Translations under genes and position numbers: made by a program | From: an uncultured Verrucomicrobiae bacterium | GTDB taxonomy: Bacteria; Verrucomicrobiota; Verrucomicrobiia; Chthoniobacterales; JAFAMB01 | DNA: 64,000 nucleotides | Assembly (NCBI GenBank): GCA_963837955.1 | Contig: CAWIPH010000002.1 | Coordinates: forward strand, 4,704,001-4,768,000 | Direction: 5' to 3' | The notes under the pieces: generated by a model | What the model saw: only the letters and a program-made list of their open reading frames with translations | Told to the model about the DNA's origin: nothing | Database searches by the model: none | Part shown: positions 1-11,154 of the stretch, in pieces | Layout of the letters: each line of letters opens with the position of its first letter | Position numbering within the stretch: the stretch's first letter is position 1

Positions 1-1
1 C

Positions 2-319
2 GCCGAATTCCTTATCAAGCATCAGACCTTCCCGCGCTCGATTCGTTTTTGTGTCGATTCCTTTGATTACTCTTTGCATCGCATCACGGGGGTGGAACGC
101 GGCGATTTCCTTTACCGGATAGAGGCTGAACGACTCTCGGGCAAACTGCTGGCCGACTTATCGTACGTGACGATTGCCGATATTTTTAGAATCGGATTAC
201 ACGAATACCTGGACACGTTCCAATTGCGACTCATTGAGATCGGCAACGCAGTGTATAAGGAGTTCTGCGAATGGTTGGACCCTGAGGACACCGCCGAAGC
301 GGCCGAGGAAGGCAAATAA
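2..319 (+). CDS. Alpha-E domain protein (DUF403), 3' part; 5' end outside window
   Basis: Frame open from base 2: AEFLIKHQTFPRSIRFC...LHEYLDTFQLRLIEIGNAVYKEF. The FPRS and LHEYL segments are typical of alpha-E C-termini. Confidence 0.8.
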   Translation, partial: AEFLIKHQTFPRSIRFCVDSFDYSLHRITGVERGDFLYRIEAERLSGKLLADLSYVTIADIFRIGLHEYLDTFQLRLIEIGNAVYKEFCEWLDPEDTAEAAEEGK

Positions 320-429
320 GTCTAGGCGGTAGAAAATAATGCCTCGTCTCGCAAACTGCGGCTGAACGCTCGCGTCTGGCGTCACGGGCCTGACCAACCT
401 ATCGCAAAACGTTCTCCGCCTACTCTGCC

Positions 430-1500
430 CTAGCGCCTGCCAGTCTTAGGCACGCTCCAAACCCAAACTCTTCCCTCATCCCCGACGGCCGCGAGCCACC
501 TGTTATCCGGCGAGAAAGCAACTGCCCAGATCGGCTTCGTAGTATTCAATAACTCCAATCGCTGGCTCGGACGGGAAAACAAGACCAAGTTAACGCGACC
601 GTCTTCTCCGCAGCTGGCAATCCATTTTCCATCCGGAGACCAACTGAGTCGTCGCGCACCCCCGTTTCCTGGCCGATGAAGCTGCAGGCCGAGATGCTTG
701 CGACCGTTTCCCGCCGTGAATATGACAATCCGCCCGTCCTGCAAGGCGGCGCCTACCCAATGGCCACTGGGGGAGTACGCAACGCCATTGACTTCGTCTT
801 TCCCGAATCCGTACGGCGCGCGGTAGTTGGGCGGAACATTTTGGCTGCGCCAACGAACTTCTGCGGTTGTGGCGTCTAGCACCAGGACCGTGCTACCCCC
901 TTGACCGGTACCAATAACCAAATCGTGATGTTTGGGGGCCCAGCTTACACCCAGACCGGCACCATCCAGCTGGATAGTCGAGGTTGTGTATCCTTCGATA
1001 TTCCAAATTTTCGTGGTGGCTGAAACGTCAGCGACAGCCAACTCCCGACCATTCGGTGAGAATGCCAGGTCATAAACAGCGCCACCCTGGTTACGCGTTT
1101 TTTGTAATGTTCTGTTCTCCCACCAATCCAGCGACCCATTTATTCCCCCGGAAATTAAAAGGTTGCCGTTTGGAGACCAGGCTAAACCCCAGATTTCGCC
1201 CTGTTCAGCGGCCAATGGGTCGATCGACCCAAAGCTGGGTACTGAGAACATCCAAATCTTGCTCAGTCCTCCGCAGGCGAGCGTTGCGCTATCGGGCGAC
1301 CACGCCAAGCTGTACAGGCCTTGATCGGCCTGCGTGGTGAAGGTCAAGACTGTTTTAGCCGATCCGACGGACAAGAGTTTGACCTCAGCCGCCCGCGTTG
1401 CTCCAGAAGCTAAACAAAAGAAGACAATTAAAAGAATTCTGTGTATCGGAAATCCTCGCACCGTGTTCGCCACGTTAGTGCACTCTATCAGATATATCAC
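430..1500 (-). CDS. Secreted WD40-repeat beta-propeller protein (start uncertain)
   Basis: About 7 repeats (LAWSPD, LAWSPN, LAFSPN, VSWAP, VAYSPS, LSWSPD, VAFSPD); signal-like segment RILLIVFFCLASGATRA. Confidence 0.85.
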   Translation of the reverse strand: MIYLIECTNVANTVRGFPIHRILLIVFFCLASGATRAAEVKLLSVGSAKTVLTFTTQADQGLYSLAWSPDSATLACGGLSKIWMFSVPSFGSIDPLAAEQGEIWGLAWSPNGNLLISGGINGSLDWWENRTLQKTRNQGGAVYDLAFSPNGRELAVADVSATTKIWNIEGYTTSTIQLDGAGLGVSWAPKHHDLVIGTGQGGSTVLVLDATTAEVRWRSQNVPPNYRAPYGFGKDEVNGVAYSPSGHWVGAALQDGRIVIFTAGNGRKHLGLQLHRPGNGGARRLSWSPDGKWIASCGEDGRVNLVLFSRPSQRLELLNTTKPIWAVAFSPDNRWLAAVGDEGRVWVWSVPKTGRR

Positions 1501-1584
1501 ATGCGCGGTTAAAGCACCGTGCGTTTAGCCCGACGTGCCGCGGGATGCAAGGAGAGAAAGCGTAGCCTTTGCGAGAACGATTAT

Positions 1585-3555
1585 TCAGATCTCGTATTCG
1601 GTATCGTCCAACCGAAGCAAGGGCATCAAAAAGACCAGTAAACGATCCAAAGAAACGTCTACGCTCTCCTGCTCGGTTCGAAGGATCAGCTCCGGATCCT
1701 CGGGAACCTCGTACGGCGCATCAATACCGGTAAAACCTCGAATCAAGCCGGCTCGCGCTTTTTGATAAAGCGCTTTCGGATCACGGCTTTCACACACTTC
1801 GATCGGCGCCGAAACGTGCACCTCAACAAACTCCACTCCGCCGCTCGAAACGATTTGACGCGCCTTCCGCCGATCGGTCCGGTAAGGAGAGATGAACGAG
1901 GTGATCACGACGAGACCGGTCGTGGCCATGAGTTTTGCCACCTCGGCGGCGCGCCGGATGTTTTCGACACGGTCTTCAGGACTGAAAGATAGGTTGGCGT
2001 TCAGGCCATGGCGAAGGTTGTCTCCGTCCATCACGCAAACGTGCATCTGCCGGTCGAACAACTCCCGTTCCAGCGCGTATGCCAACGTTGATTTTCCAGC
2101 CCCAGATAATCCAGTGAGCCAGACTACCAAGCCACGATGACCATTTCGCTCGATCCGCTCCCGGAAATTCACCTGCCCCTCGGACCAAGAGATATTGGAG
2201 CTTCGGGCGGGTGCCCGCTCTAGATACTGGCCGCCGAAAACGATCCCGCCCCCAGCTACGTCATTTTCGTCCACCAAAACGAACCGTCCGCTCGCCGCTA
2301 AGCGGTCATAATTGTCCAAAACGATCGGCCCACGCGTCTGCACCGTGATTTCGGCGACTTCATTGCGGCCGACTGACCGACGAATGCTGGAAGTCGTCTC
2401 CAAAGACGAAGCGTCAATCGCCCGATCGATTGAAGCCACCTGACATTCAACTTCTTGAGTCAAAAGCTTTACTTTGTAGCGACGCCCAAGAATTAGTGGC
2501 CGATCACCCATCCAAAACAAGCGAGCCCGAAAACGATTTGTCTCTATCGGCATCGCGTTCGCGGTTGCGGCGATTTGCCCTCGCTCCACAAAAATCTGTT
2601 CACGGAGAGTGATACCGATCGATTGACCGGAGCGAGCAACGGAGGTGGCTGGGGCTTGCCACGACTCGATCGAGGCTACGATCGACTCTTTATCGGCTGG
2701 AGCAAAAATTATCTGTTCCCCAACTCGGAGACTACCCGATTCGACTCGACCAGCAATGATCCTTCGTTCGTCAAACCGATAAACGTCTTGGACGGCAAAC
2801 CGCAGAGGCGCATCACTCGCCAGCGCCGGCGCTTCTAGCTCATCCAAAGCCTTAACCAAGGTCGGCCCATCGTACCAGGACAACTGTTCCGGCTGAGCTA
2901 CGATTAAATTGGCGCCATCGCGGGCAGAGATCGGAACAAAACGAATCGGCTCAATTCCAAGTTTCTTTAGAAATGCGCGATACTCGGTTTCAATTTGGGT
3001 AAAAACGTCGGACGCGTAGTTCACCAGATCCATCTTGTTGACCAAGACGAGTACCTGATTCACTCCCAACAAGCTCAACAGATAGGCGTGACGACGGCTT
3101 TGTTCTTGAACCCCCTCATTGGCAGCTATGAGTAAGAGAGCGGCGTCCGCTGTCGCGGCACCCGTGACCATATTTTTCAGAAACTCCTTGTGCCCGGGAG
3201 CATCAATGATCACGTAATTGCGGAGCGCGGTATGAAACCAAATCTGCGAGACATCAATCGTAATGTTTTGGTCTCGTTCTGCCTGTAAAGCATCCATCAG
3301 GAATGCCCATTCAAAAGGCATATTCCTTCTTCGGCAGATTGCTTGGATCTGCTCATATTTGCCGTCCGGGAGGGACTCGGTTTCGTAGAGAAGCCGGCCG
3401 ACAAGCGTTGATTTACCGTGGTCGACGTGGCCTACGATCACCACGCGAAAGGCTCGCTCTGCCAAAGCAGGCTCCGCTGCTTGCCTATTCGCGTCGTCCG
3501 ATGAGCCTGGCTCAGCGAGATCTTTTCCCGAAACAGTTTCCGGTCTGACGTTCAT
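1585..3555 (-). CDS. cysNC: Bifunctional sulfate adenylyltransferase subunit 1 / adenylyl-sulfate kinase
   Basis: GTPase motifs [19 protein letters not shown]-terminal APS kinase [30 protein letters not shown]. Confidence 0.95.
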   Translation of the reverse strand: MNVRPETVSGKDLAEPGSSDDANRQAAEPALAERAFRVVIVGHVDHGKSTLVGRLLYETESLPDGKYEQIQAICRRRNMPFEWAFLMDALQAERDQNITIDVSQIWFHTALRNYVIIDAPGHKEFLKNMVTGAATADAALLLIAANEGVQEQSRRHAYLLSLLGVNQVLVLVNKMDLVNYASDVFTQIETEYRAFLKKLGIEPIRFVPISARDGANLIVAQPEQLSWYDGPTLVKALDELEAPALASDAPLRFAVQDVYRFDERRIIAGRVESGSLRVGEQIIFAPADKESIVASIESWQAPATSVARSGQSIGITLREQIFVERGQIAATANAMPIETNRFRARLFWMGDRPLILGRRYKVKLLTQEVECQVASIDRAIDASSLETTSSIRRSVGRNEVAEITVQTRGPIVLDNYDRLAASGRFVLVDENDVAGGGIVFGGQYLERAPARSSNISWSEGQVNFRERIERNGHRGLVVWLTGLSGAGKSTLAYALERELFDRQMHVCVMDGDNLRHGLNANLSFSPEDRVENIRRAAEVAKLMATTGLVVITSFISPYRTDRRKARQIVSSGGVEFVEVHVSAPIEVCESRDPKALYQKARAGLIRGFTGIDAPYEVPEDPELILRTEQESVDVSLDRLLVFLMPLLRLDDTEYEI

Positions 3556-3616
3556 CTCTTTTGCCGATCAACCGCGGAGCAATACTCGAGGAGAATACCG
3601 ACGGCTGGCATTGTTT

Positions 3617-4438
3617 TCACATATATCCACTGGCTCGGAGGCGCTCAAAGGCATCTTCCGATTCCTGGTCCTGGGCTCGCGTACTTCTTTCCGAAAGCTT
3701 GGTCTCACGCAGCTCGGCGATGATAGCCGAGACCGAACTCGCTGTCGATTGCACTGGTTTCGTACAGGGAGCGCAACCGAGGCTCCGGTAACGAAAACCA
3801 TTTCGAGCAAAATATAGGTCCACTACCGGGATATTTTCGCGCTCAATGTATTCCCAAACGTTTGTCTCCGTCCAATGCAGCAGCGGATGAATTCGAATAT
3901 GGGTTCCCGGGTCAAAATCGGTTTTGAATTGATCCCAGAGTTCCGGCGGCTGGTCTTTAAAATTCCACTCAAAATTCTTATCGCGTGGCGAGAAGTAGCG
4001 TTCTTTTGCGCGCGTCCCCTCCTCGTCTCTTCGGATACCAACGATCACCGCCTGATATCCATGTTCCTCGATGACCGCCTGGAGAGCATCCCGCTTGAGC
4101 GATCCACAACACTCTACGCGTGTCAACGCACCACCGGGGAATGTTCGCCCAGCCTGAATTGCCTCCCGATTCTGGCCCACAACCAGATTGATACCCCACT
4201 CGCGGACTAGCTTATCCCGGAACACAATCATCTCGGGAAGCTTGAAGCTTGTATCAACGTGAACGCACGGCACGGGAATATGGCCGAAGAACGCCTTGCG
4301 CAAGAGCCACAGCAGAACAGACGAGTCTTTGCCTACGCTCCAGAGCATCGCAACCCGCCGAAACTTCCGATAAGCCTCACGTAAAATATAGACGCTCTGA
4401 CTCTCCAGCGCGTCTAAGTGTGCAAACCGAGCGTCCAT
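3617..4438 (-). CDS. cysD: Sulfate adenylyltransferase subunit 2
   Basis: [42 protein letters not shown]-terminal GYM. ATG overlaps the cysH stop (TGATG). Confidence 0.95.
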   Translation of the reverse strand: MDARFAHLDALESQSVYILREAYRKFRRVAMLWSVGKDSSVLLWLLRKAFFGHIPVPCVHVDTSFKLPEMIVFRDKLVREWGINLVVGQNREAIQAGRTFPGGALTRVECCGSLKRDALQAVIEEHGYQAVIVGIRRDEEGTRAKERYFSPRDKNFEWNFKDQPPELWDQFKTDFDPGTHIRIHPLLHWTETNVWEYIERENIPVVDLYFARNGFRYRSLGCAPCTKPVQSTASSVSAIIAELRETKLSERSTRAQDQESEDAFERLRASGYM

Positions 4439-5172
4439 CAAATGTTCTCGCCTAGAAACGTGTGAATGCCGCATTCCGTCTTATCGAATCCGATCCAACG
4501 TCCCGCTCGATCCGAATCGTCGCCGATCACGCAACGAGTGCAGGGCCAGCAGCCTATGCTGCGAAAACCACGATCTTTAAGCGGGTTGTATGGAATGCGA
4601 TGTTTCCCGATATAGTCCCACACTTGGGCCGAAGTCCATCCCGCGAGAGGATTTACTTTTACGATTTGTTTTCCGCGCAATTTATCAAACTCATAAAGCT
4701 CGAGCACCTGAGTGGACGCGCGAGTCGAAGACTGGTCCCGTCGCAGCCCTGAAATCCAGCCGTCGAGCTCTGAGAGTTTTCCCTGCAGAGGGATTACTTT
4801 TCGGATCGAGCAGCAAAGATCCGGATTGCGTTCCCAAAGATTTGCGCCCAGCTCGCGAGCCTGCCCTTCGACCGTAAGTTCCGGCACGACTGCCTCGATC
4901 TCGATGCCAAAGAATTTCTCGAGCCGATCCTTCAATTCCAATGTCTCTGGGAACAGCAGGCCGGTATCAATGGTAAATACCGGTAAATCTAGTCCAGCGG
5001 AGATCGCCTGATGAATTGTCACCAAACCGGCTCCCTGGAAACTCGTTCCGATTGCGACCCGACCGGGAAAACTTTGCGAAGCCCAGGTTAAAACATCTAC
5101 GGGCGCAGCAGATTCGAACTCCTGCGCCAGAGCTCTAATTTCGGTACTGGATGGAAGATCGAAAACCTGCAT
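4438..5172 (-). CDS. cysH: APS/PAPS reductase, Fe-S (APS reductase) type
   Basis: [37 protein letters not shown]. Confidence 0.93.
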   Translation of the reverse strand: MQVFDLPSSTEIRALAQEFESAAPVDVLTWASQSFPGRVAIGTSFQGAGLVTIHQAISAGLDLPVFTIDTGLLFPETLELKDRLEKFFGIEIEAVVPELTVEGQARELGANLWERNPDLCCSIRKVIPLQGKLSELDGWISGLRRDQSSTRASTQVLELYEFDKLRGKQIVKVNPLAGWTSAQVWDYIGKHRIPYNPLKDRGFRSIGCWPCTRCVIGDDSDRAGRWIGFDKTECGIHTFLGENI

Positions 5173-5429
5173 CAGGGCTTAATCTCTAATTGTCTACAGA
5201 GAATAAGCAAATACTATTTCTACCTCGCAGTTAGACCTTCAGGCAGAGGGTGGCCGCATGGCTTGGCTTCGTCCTCGACTCGTCCATTCTAAAGTGTCAC
5301 CACGGATGCCGGAAGTTCAAGAATAGCTCAGATCTCCTTCCTTTCAGCTTGAGTCGTGAAAGAGTTTTCCGTTACGCTTTCCTAGAGACCGGGGTGCGAC
5401 GAGCGCAAAGCGGCTCGAAGGGGCCACAC

Positions 5430-5936
5430 ATGTCACGAGCACAGTTGACGAGGGGATTTCTCTGGTTTTCGATACTCGGTTGGGGCATTGGCCTGGGCGC
5501 TAAATTATTCGACCTTCTCGTCGTGGCGGGAGCGTGGGGCGTTGCGCCCCCGACCTCGCTTACGCTGATGCCTTATGGCCCACGTTATCCGATGGACCCT
5601 GGGGATTTCTTCCAGCCCTTGAGCGCACTGATGGTGGTGGGGATCCTCGGAGCGCTCATCAGCGGATGGAAGACCCCACTTTACTATCGGATTTGGTTGT
5701 GGGTGCCGGCCATCAGTTTTCTCCTTATCTGGATCTTTACCCCCACCGTCTTCTGGCCGATGATCCGTGAACTCTATGGCGCTGGCTCCGGGAAGATCCT
5801 CAGAAGCGAGGCTGAGCTTATACAGCTGGTGCGACGCTGGATGATCTGGGATTGGTTGCGAGTGGCTCTGATAGCGGCGGGATTCGTCTCATCGGTCCGG
5901 GCGATCAGTATTCCCTTCCCGCGCAGTGACCGCTGA
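5430..5936 (+). CDS. Four-TM membrane protein, DUF1772/anthrone-oxygenase-like
   Basis: Four hydrophobic segments, TVFWPM and W-x3-W-LR near the C-terminus. ATG at 5430 preferred to the ORF-track GTG at 5250. Confidence 0.65.
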   Translation: MSRAQLTRGFLWFSILGWGIGLGAKLFDLLVVAGAWGVAPPTSLTLMPYGPRYPMDPGDFFQPLSALMVVGILGALISGWKTPLYYRIWLWVPAISFLLIWIFTPTVFWPMIRELYGAGSGKILRSEAELIQLVRRWMIWDWLRVALIAAGFVSSVRAISIPFPRSDR

Positions 5937-6112
5937 ACGCACATGCTTGCCTGCGCTTTGGAGTGAGTTTCCAAACGCTGTTAAAGCAAAAATACGACCT
6001 TCCGGAGGCTGACTCCAATCCTCTTTCGAGCATTGAAGCTCCATCACTGCCGCGCGGAGTGGATGCCGCAACTTGAGGCGGTTCGGACCGGACGATTGCA
6101 AGCCCGACGTTC

Positions 6113-8101
6113 TTATAAAAGCGGACGGGCTACTTCGATCAGGTGTTCGGCGGTAATTCCGAGTTCCTTCATGACTTGCGCACCCGGAGCGCTCAATCCG
6201 AAACGGTCAATCCCAACGGTCTTTCCATCGAGACCGACATACTTGTACCAATACGCAGTCACGCCCGCCTCGATAGAAACTCTCTTTCGACAAGAAGGCG
6301 GCAAAACTTCGTTCCGATATGTCTCATCCTGGCGGTCGAACTTGTTCAAACAGGGCGCAGAGACAACTCTCACCCCGCTCCCCAGTTCCTTTGCTGCGGC
6401 TAAGGCATGCTGGACCTCGGAGCCGGTCGCAATCAGGATAAGCTGCAGCGGAGAAGTCTCTTTGCGGAGAATATATGCCCCCCGAAGAGTCCCTTGTCGT
6501 CGTTGCTCCGCCGGTAGCTCTGTCAAGTTGGGTACAACCTGTCGCGTCAACGCGAGCAAAGTCGGTCCGTTTGTCCGTTGAAGCGCTGCGACGAAGGCCG
6601 CCGCGCATTCCTCCGGATCCGCCGGGCGATACACATCTAAATTAGGAAGGACCCGTAAGCCGCTTACCGTCTCAACGGGCTCATGGGTCGGACCATCTTC
6701 ACCGACTCCGACTGAATCATGCGTAAAAATGTAAAGCACCGGAAGCTTGGCCAGAGCGGCCAGGCGGATCGACGGCCGGCAATAGTCAGCAAATACCAAG
6801 AAGGTAGCTCCAGAAGGACGGAAAACCCCGTAGTAAGCAATTCCGTTGAGAATCGCACACATACCGTGCTCCCTGATTCCAAACCTAATATTTCTTCCGG
6901 ACCAATTCGTCGGATTGAAATCCTTATCGGATTCTATGTAGTTAAGGGTGGAACCGTACAGATCAGCGCTACCCCCAATCAGCAATGGTAAAGCCTGAGC
7001 TAAAGGCTGCAGGACTACGTTCCCGGCTTTGCGGGTAGCGATTTTTGTGTCTGCGGGAAACTCGGGCACACGCTGCAAAAGGTCGTGTGGGATTTCATGC
7101 TTGATGCCCTGCTCGAGCAGCGCTGCCAATTTCGGATTCTCTTCTCGCCACTCGCTAAAAATCTTTTGCCAAGCATCGTATCCTTTTTTCAGGGTCTGTT
7201 TGTGTTCCGCAAAATAGCTCCTGACTTCCGGAGATACGTAGAATTTTTCGGGTGGTAGGCCCAACGCTTTGCGCGCAGCATCCACAAATTTTACACCCGC
7301 TTCTCCGTGCGCCTTACTAGTGCCAGCAACTTCCGGGATGCCTTTCCCGACAATGGTGTGCGCAACAATGAATTGGGGCCGGCCGCTAATAGCTCCCTTT
7401 GCTTTCTCGAATACAGCGAGAAACGCCTCCATGTTGTGACCGTCCACCTCCTGCACATCGTAACCGTACGCGGCAAATCGCTTCGCTGTGTCCTCGCTTT
7501 GCGTGAGATTTGCCATCGCGTCGAGGGTGACTAGATTCGAGTCGTAGATCAGGATCAGGTTATCCAGCTTGTAATGTCCGGCAAACTCTGCAGCCTCGTG
7601 GGCCACACCCTCCTGAAGGCATCCGTCACCGGCAACACACACCACTTTATGATCAATAATCGTGTGTTTCGCGGTGTTGAATCGAGCCGCCGCCATCTTC
7701 GCAGAAACCGCCATCCCAACCGCGTTTCCGACCCCCTGTCCGAGCGGTCCGGTCGTAGATTCTACCCCTGGAGTCTCGCCAAACTCTGGATGGCCCGGGG
7801 TCTTGCTATGGAGTTGTCGAAAATTCCGGATGTCGTCCAGTGAGATGTCAAAGCCGGCGAAGTGCAGCCAAGAGTACAAAAACATGCTTCCGTGGCCCGC
7901 GGATAGGACAAACCTGTCCCGGTTTAGCCAATGGGGATCATCCGGGAAATAATGCAAAGCGTACCCGAACAGAACCGCCCCGATTTCCGCGTCTCCCAAA
8001 GGCAAGCCAAGGTGACCGGAATTAGCCGCTTGGACGGCGTCCATTGCCAACCCGCGCGCTTCTGTCGCGGCCCGCGTAAGAAGTTCAGTATTCAGTGCCA
8101 T
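6113..8101 (-). CDS. tkt: Transketolase
   Basis: [47 protein letters not shown]. Confidence 0.97.
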   Translation of the reverse strand: MALNTELLTRAATEARGLAMDAVQAANSGHLGLPLGDAEIGAVLFGYALHYFPDDPHWLNRDRFVLSAGHGSMFLYSWLHFAGFDISLDDIRNFRQLHSKTPGHPEFGETPGVESTTGPLGQGVGNAVGMAVSAKMAAARFNTAKHTIIDHKVVCVAGDGCLQEGVAHEAAEFAGHYKLDNLILIYDSNLVTLDAMANLTQSEDTAKRFAAYGYDVQEVDGHNMEAFLAVFEKAKGAISGRPQFIVAHTIVGKGIPEVAGTSKAHGEAGVKFVDAARKALGLPPEKFYVSPEVRSYFAEHKQTLKKGYDAWQKIFSEWREENPKLAALLEQGIKHEIPHDLLQRVPEFPADTKIATRKAGNVVLQPLAQALPLLIGGSADLYGSTLNYIESDKDFNPTNWSGRNIRFGIREHGMCAILNGIAYYGVFRPSGATFLVFADYCRPSIRLAALAKLPVLYIFTHDSVGVGEDGPTHEPVETVSGLRVLPNLDVYRPADPEECAAAFVAALQRTNGPTLLALTRQVVPNLTELPAEQRRQGTLRGAYILRKETSPLQLILIATGSEVQHALAAAKELGSGVRVVSAPCLNKFDRQDETYRNEVLPPSCRKRVSIEAGVTAYWYKYVGLDGKTVGIDRFGLSAPGAQVMKELGITAEHLIEVARPLL

Positions 8102-8225
8102 ACGAATCTATTCTCTGATAACCACGGTCTCGGACGCCACGCATCTAAAAAAACGTCTAATTCCAAAAAGAATTTTCTGGCTTGCGATGGAAGTTGCCTG
8201 TAGGTAAACGCCCCCTTTTTTGACG

Positions 8226-9104
8226 ATGAGCCAAAACAAACTTCGTATCGGATTGCCGTCCGGAAGCCTCCAAGAGGCTACGCTGGAGCTATTTGCGAAG
8301 GCCGGCTATCGGATCACGGCCAACAGGCGGTCCTATAAGCCGACGATCGATGACCCTGAGCTTGAGGTTCGTCTGCTCCGGGCTCAGGAAATCGGCCGGT
8401 ACGTAGAACGTGGGTTTCTGGATTGTGGAATCACCGGCAAAGACTGGATTGAGGAGAATGGCTCCGATGTCGCGGTGCTGGGCGATCTCCGCTACAGCAA
8501 AACGACCTCCGGTCCGACCCGCTGGGTTCTAGTTGTACCGGAAAACTCACCGATTCGGCGGATCGAGGATCTGGCGGGTAAACGCATCGCCACCGAAGCA
8601 GTTGGGCTTACCCAACGGTTTCTACAGGCCCACGGGATTGAGGCATCCGTCGAGTTCAGCTGGGGAGCGACCGAGGTAAAAGTGCCGGAATTAGTGGACG
8701 CAATTGTGGACATTACCGAAACGGGCGCTTCGTTGCAGGCGAACAATCTCCGAATCCTTGAAGTGTTGGCAGAATCATATCCCCAAGTAATCGGGAATCA
8801 CACGGCAATGGAGGATGTTTGGAAGAAAGCGAAGCTCCAACGGATCTATTTGCTTTTGGAAGGGGCACTCAATGCGCGAGACAAAGTGGGCCTCAAAATG
8901 AATTTGGAAGAATCAAAACTGCGCGATCTGCTTGCGCGGTTGCCGGCGCTCAGAAATCCTACGGTTTCACCGTTAGCTCAGAACGGTTGGGTCGCGATCG
9001 AAACGATTATCGATGAAACGGTCGTGCGCGAGATCATTCCAGAACTCAAGCAGCTCGGTGCCGAAGGCATCATTGAGTATCCGTTGAACAAAGTTGTTTA
9101 TTAG
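8226..9104 (+). CDS. hisG: ATP phosphoribosyltransferase, long form
   Basis: [35 protein letters not shown]-terminal regulatory domain PTVSPL...GAEGIIE. Confidence 0.95.
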   Translation: MSQNKLRIGLPSGSLQEATLELFAKAGYRITANRRSYKPTIDDPELEVRLLRAQEIGRYVERGFLDCGITGKDWIEENGSDVAVLGDLRYSKTTSGPTRWVLVVPENSPIRRIEDLAGKRIATEAVGLTQRFLQAHGIEASVEFSWGATEVKVPELVDAIVDITETGASLQANNLRILEVLAESYPQVIGNHTAMEDVWKKAKLQRIYLLLEGALNARDKVGLKMNLEESKLRDLLARLPALRNPTVSPLAQNGWVAIETIIDETVVREIIPELKQLGAEGIIEYPLNKVVY

Positions 9105-9173
9105 ATTTAATTCACTGCTCAACTCCGGCTGCTGGTCCGGCAACCAATATTACCAGCGAGACTGTACCTCATT

Positions 9174-9278
9174 ATGGGTTCCCTAAAGAAAAGAAGGAAG
9201 GCCAAAATCGCCAAACATAAACGACGCAAACGTATGAAGGAGAATCGCCACAAGAAGCGTTTGCGGTACAAGTCCTAA
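9174..9278 (+). CDS. Small basic protein, bS22/mS38 (AURKAIP1/COX24, DUF1713) family
   Basis: Translated by hand: MGSLKKRRKAKIAKHKRRKRMKENRHKKRLRYKS* (34 aa). It is shorter than any ORF in the track and resembles bS22 N-termini (MGS..KKRRK). Confidence 0.85.
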   Translation: MGSLKKRRKAKIAKHKRRKRMKENRHKKRLRYKS

Positions 9279-9294
9279 TCTTTAGGTTGACTCC

Positions 9295-11154
9295 ATGGCT
9301 AGATCGGAGTCAGCGAGTATACCGGTGCGTAGGCGGCTCCGATCTTTGGGTTTAGTGCACCACCTCTACACCAGTCGCAGAATTAGTGTGCTCGGTGCCT
9401 GTGCTCTCGTGCTGGTGGCGAGTGCCGCTCCCGGCGCTGACGTTCCGGCGAGCAAAGCTCCTGCCAAAAATCGCGACGTCGAACAAAGCCTGTTTTTCGA
9501 TGTGCGGCCGTCAGCCCCCGATCAGTCGCTTTCCAAGGCTTCCGAGAGAAAAGCGGACGCCGAAGCAGCGTTCATGCAGGGATTGATTTTAGAGGAAGAT
9601 GGTGACTATGACTCTGCCCTCGACGCATACACGAAATCGCTGCAGCTCGATCCTGGCGGTGATCCCCAAATCGCGATCCGGGTCGCTAACGAATATGTGA
9701 AGAGAGAAGAGATCCCTTCGGCGCTCGATCTTCTGAAGGATCTGGTCAAAGTGCGTCCAGACGAGGTTCAAGCATTTCTGAACCTCGCCGACATTTATCT
9801 GCGGCAACTTCGAAAACCGGATCTTGCTCTCCCTTATGCTGAGCAAGCTCTCCGCTTGGCACCGGATCGTCTGGCTGCGTATCAGACTCTTTTTGAAGTT
9901 TATCTTACGCTGAATCGCAAAAAGGCCGCGGAAGCTGTTTTGCAGCGCGCCCAGAAACTGGACAGCAACGACCCAGCCACTTGGCTGACCTTAGCTGATC
10001 TTAGCATTCACCTCTACTCCAACGAGAAAGGGGTCTTTCAATCCGGACGCGCAGCGGCGGTCGAACCGTACCTCAAGAAAGCGATTTCCTTGGCCAAAGA
10101 CGATGTAGACGTCTTTTCCAAGGTGGGAGATGCCTATGTCGAAATCAAAGAAATTCCGAATGCCATCGCTGCCTATTTGAAGGCGCTGGAGCTTGCCCAG
10201 GGCAACGCCGAAATCAGGTACAAACTTGCTCAAAGCTTCCTCAAGACCGGCCAACGGGATGAAGCAATTCGGGCCTTGGAAGAAATGATCAAGACCAACT
10301 CCTTACGTCCAGAAAGCTATGAATTTTTGGCGCGCTTGTACCAGGAAAGCGGCAATCTCGAGCGAGCGCTCAGCAATTACCAGCAAGCGATTCTCCTGGC
10401 TCCAAACCAGCCTGAAAACTTTCTGCACGCAGCGGAAATGCAATTGGAGCTCAAAAGATTCGATGACGCGATTGTGACGCTCCAACAGGCTCGCCATCGC
10501 TTTCCCATACCGCAAATGACCTACAGTCTAGCGGTGGCCTTAAGCACCGCTAAACGCTATTCGGATGCTCTCCCGATCTACGAAGCCGCGCTTCAGGAAG
10601 CAAAGAATTCTCAGCCGGAAGTGCTGGATGCAGCGTTCTACTTCAACTATGCCGTGGCCGCTGAACAATCGAACCTGATAGAGAAAGCCGCCGGACTCTT
10701 CAAACAATGCATAGAACTTGATCCGTCCAAAGCCGCCCAAGCCTACAATTATCTGGGGTTCATGTACGTCGACCGAAGCATGAACCTCGATGAGGCCGGG
10801 GCGATGATAAAGAAAGCGCTTGAACTTGAACCCGATAATGGCGCTTACATTGATAGCCTTGGCTGGTACTACTATCACACGGGAGAATATGCCAAGGCGC
10901 TGACCGAACTGCTCCGGGCCCTCGAAAAATTGAAACCGGAGGATCCGGTTGTTCTGGAGCACGTCGGCGATACTTATCAAGCTCTGAACAATTTAGGCGA
11001 AGCCGAAATCTATTGGCAGAGGGCGCTCAAGCTCGATCCCGCGAACCAGAAGCTGGTTGCCAAGATCGACGGTTCAAAAGCAAAATTGACATCCAACCCG
11101 GTCGGCACGGCGACTCCGTTGCCAAAACCAAGCCCCAGTCCAAGTCTACACTAG
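9295..11154 (+). CDS. Exported tetratricopeptide-repeat protein
   Basis: Many TPRs; AYNYLGF and GAYIDSLGWYYY motifs of periplasmic TPR proteins; hydrophobic N-terminal segment. Start uncertain. Confidence 0.88.
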   Translation: MARSESASIPVRRRLRSLGLVHHLYTSRRISVLGACALVLVASAAPGADVPASKAPAKNRDVEQSLFFDVRPSAPDQSLSKASERKADAEAAFMQGLILEEDGDYDSALDAYTKSLQLDPGGDPQIAIRVANEYVKREEIPSALDLLKDLVKVRPDEVQAFLNLADIYLRQLRKPDLALPYAEQALRLAPDRLAAYQTLFEVYLTLNRKKAAEAVLQRAQKLDSNDPATWLTLADLSIHLYSNEKGVFQSGRAAAVEPYLKKAISLAKDDVDVFSKVGDAYVEIKEIPNAIAAYLKALELAQGNAEIRYKLAQSFLKTGQRDEAIRALEEMIKTNSLRPESYEFLARLYQESGNLERALSNYQQAILLAPNQPENFLHAAEMQLELKRFDDAIVTLQQARHRFPIPQMTYSLAVALSTAKRYSDALPIYEAALQEAKNSQPEVLDAAFYFNYAVAAEQSNLIEKAAGLFKQCIELDPSKAAQAYNYLGFMYVDRSMNLDEAGAMIKKALELEPDNGAYIDSLGWYYYHTGEYAKALTELLRALEKLKPEDPVVLEHVGDTYQALNNLGEAEIYWQRALKLDPANQKLVAKIDGSKAKLTSNPVGTATPLPKPSPSPSLH

